Assembly (NCBI GenBank): GCA_036507695.1
Contig: DATCIR010000050.1
Span: 1 to 44,592, forward strand
Origin: Gammaproteobacteria bacterium
GTDB taxonomy: Bacteria > Pseudomonadota > Gammaproteobacteria > SZUA-152
Reading direction: 5' to 3'
DNA length: 44,592 nt
Under the pieces are notes generated by a model that worked only from the letters and a program-made list of their open reading frames with translations, ran no database searches and was not told the DNA's origin. A program made the translations under genes and the position numbers. Shown piece by piece: positions 44,081 through 44,592 of the stretch. Numbering within the stretch: position 1 is the first letter of the stretch; every line of letters begins with the position of its first letter.

Positions 44081-44498
44081 CGATCACGCAGAACACGATC
44101 ACAAACAGCGGCAGTACCGGGATTTCGTTAATCATGCGGTAGAACTTGTGACTGCGGGTATTCTTGTTGTCACGAAACACTGTTACCAGATGGCCGCAAT
44201 AAAAATGATAAACGATAAGCGCAACCACCATCAGCGCCTTAAGCCAGAACCAAGCCATACCCGAATACGCCGTCCAGGCGTAACCGAACACCAGTATCAA
44301 ACCAAACAATAAGGTGCCATAAAACCCGATGTTGGTGATTATGTATAACTTGCGTTCCATCACCTTGAAACGTTCATCACCCGGCGCGTCCCCGCAGGCG
44401 GCATGGTAGACAAACAGGCGCGGCAAATAAAACAGCCCGGCAAACCACATCACCATGAAGATGATATGCAGTGACATTATCCAGGGCATCGAATGCAT
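44067..44498 (-). CDS. hemJ: protoporphyrinogen IX oxidase HemJ (UPF0093/CopD-like)
   Basis: 143 aa, 4 TM. SLHIIFMVMWFAGLFYLPRLFVYHA and RFKVMERKLY match the HemJ family N-terminal signature. Confidence 0.8.
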   Translation of the reverse strand: MHSMPWIMSLHIIFMVMWFAGLFYLPRLFVYHAACGDAPGDERFKVMERKLYIITNIGFYGTLLFGLILVFGYAWTAYSGMAWFWLKALMVVALIVYHFYCGHLVTVFRDNKNTRSHKFYRMINEIPVLPLFVIVFCVIVKPF

Positions 44499-44531
44499 GC
44501 AACTCTCCTGTCCGGTTTAATAGAACCTGCG

Positions 44532-44592
44532 TTAATGGTAACGGTAATACGTCTCAATCATGCGCCGGGTAACAATACCATGTAATGCGCCG
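44532..44592 (-). CDS. 3' end of an unidentified minus-strand gene (partial at window edge)
   Basis: The minus-strand frame reads ...GALHGIVTRRMIETYYRYH* ending at 44532-44534. Too short to assign. Confidence 0.2.
   Translation of the reverse strand, partial: GALHGIVTRRMIETYYRYH

Overview
This 44.6-kb window is about 50% GC and has a gammaproteobacterial-looking housekeeping backbone. On the left it carries purE, tsaC, hemF, rsmD-coaD, yfhL and ggt. On the right it carries apaG, rnd, mpl, ubiX, hspQ, hemL, thiD-thiE and hemJ. Between about 6.8 kb and 29.5 kb lies a membrane/respiratory accessory region. All family calls come from motifs read in the translations; no database search was possible.

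The main feature is a tightly packed minus-strand supercluster (8129-20674) plus two satellite operons (6820-8108 and 22285-25561). It is built around a divergent C-family (cbb3-like) heme-copper oxidase. The components are:
- a CcoN-like subunit I;
- a CcoO-like monoheme subunit with a roughly 150-aa insertion;
- a heme-less protein that has only the FixP N-terminal domain, standing where diheme CcoP would be;
- CcoS-, CcoG- and FixH-like accessory genes, with no ccoI;
- several membrane-anchored c-type cytochromes;
- an FGE/SUMF1-like protein that lacks the catalytic cysteines;
- an 875-aa fusion of a multi-TM domain, a spermidine-synthase-like domain and a TPR region;
- four candidate 30-35-aa single-TM micropeptides;
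- two stand-alone 4-TM proteins that align to helices IX-XII of subunit I and keep the HxH heme-ligand motif.

The second candidate novel system is at 26019-27840. It pairs a MotA/ExbB-like channel protein that has a coiled-coil tail with a MotB/ExbD-like single-TM protein whose periplasmic part is a vWA-like domain. A GT-C-like polytopic membrane protein follows.

The window also holds a 158-bp MITE in two copies, each flanked by a perfect 8-bp target-site duplication, and three further MITE-like palindromic elements. It has many 12-17-bp intergenic tandem repeats, one of which reiterates a start-codon region, and a C-terminal remnant of an RND efflux pump. I saw no rRNA, tRNA or CRISPR array.
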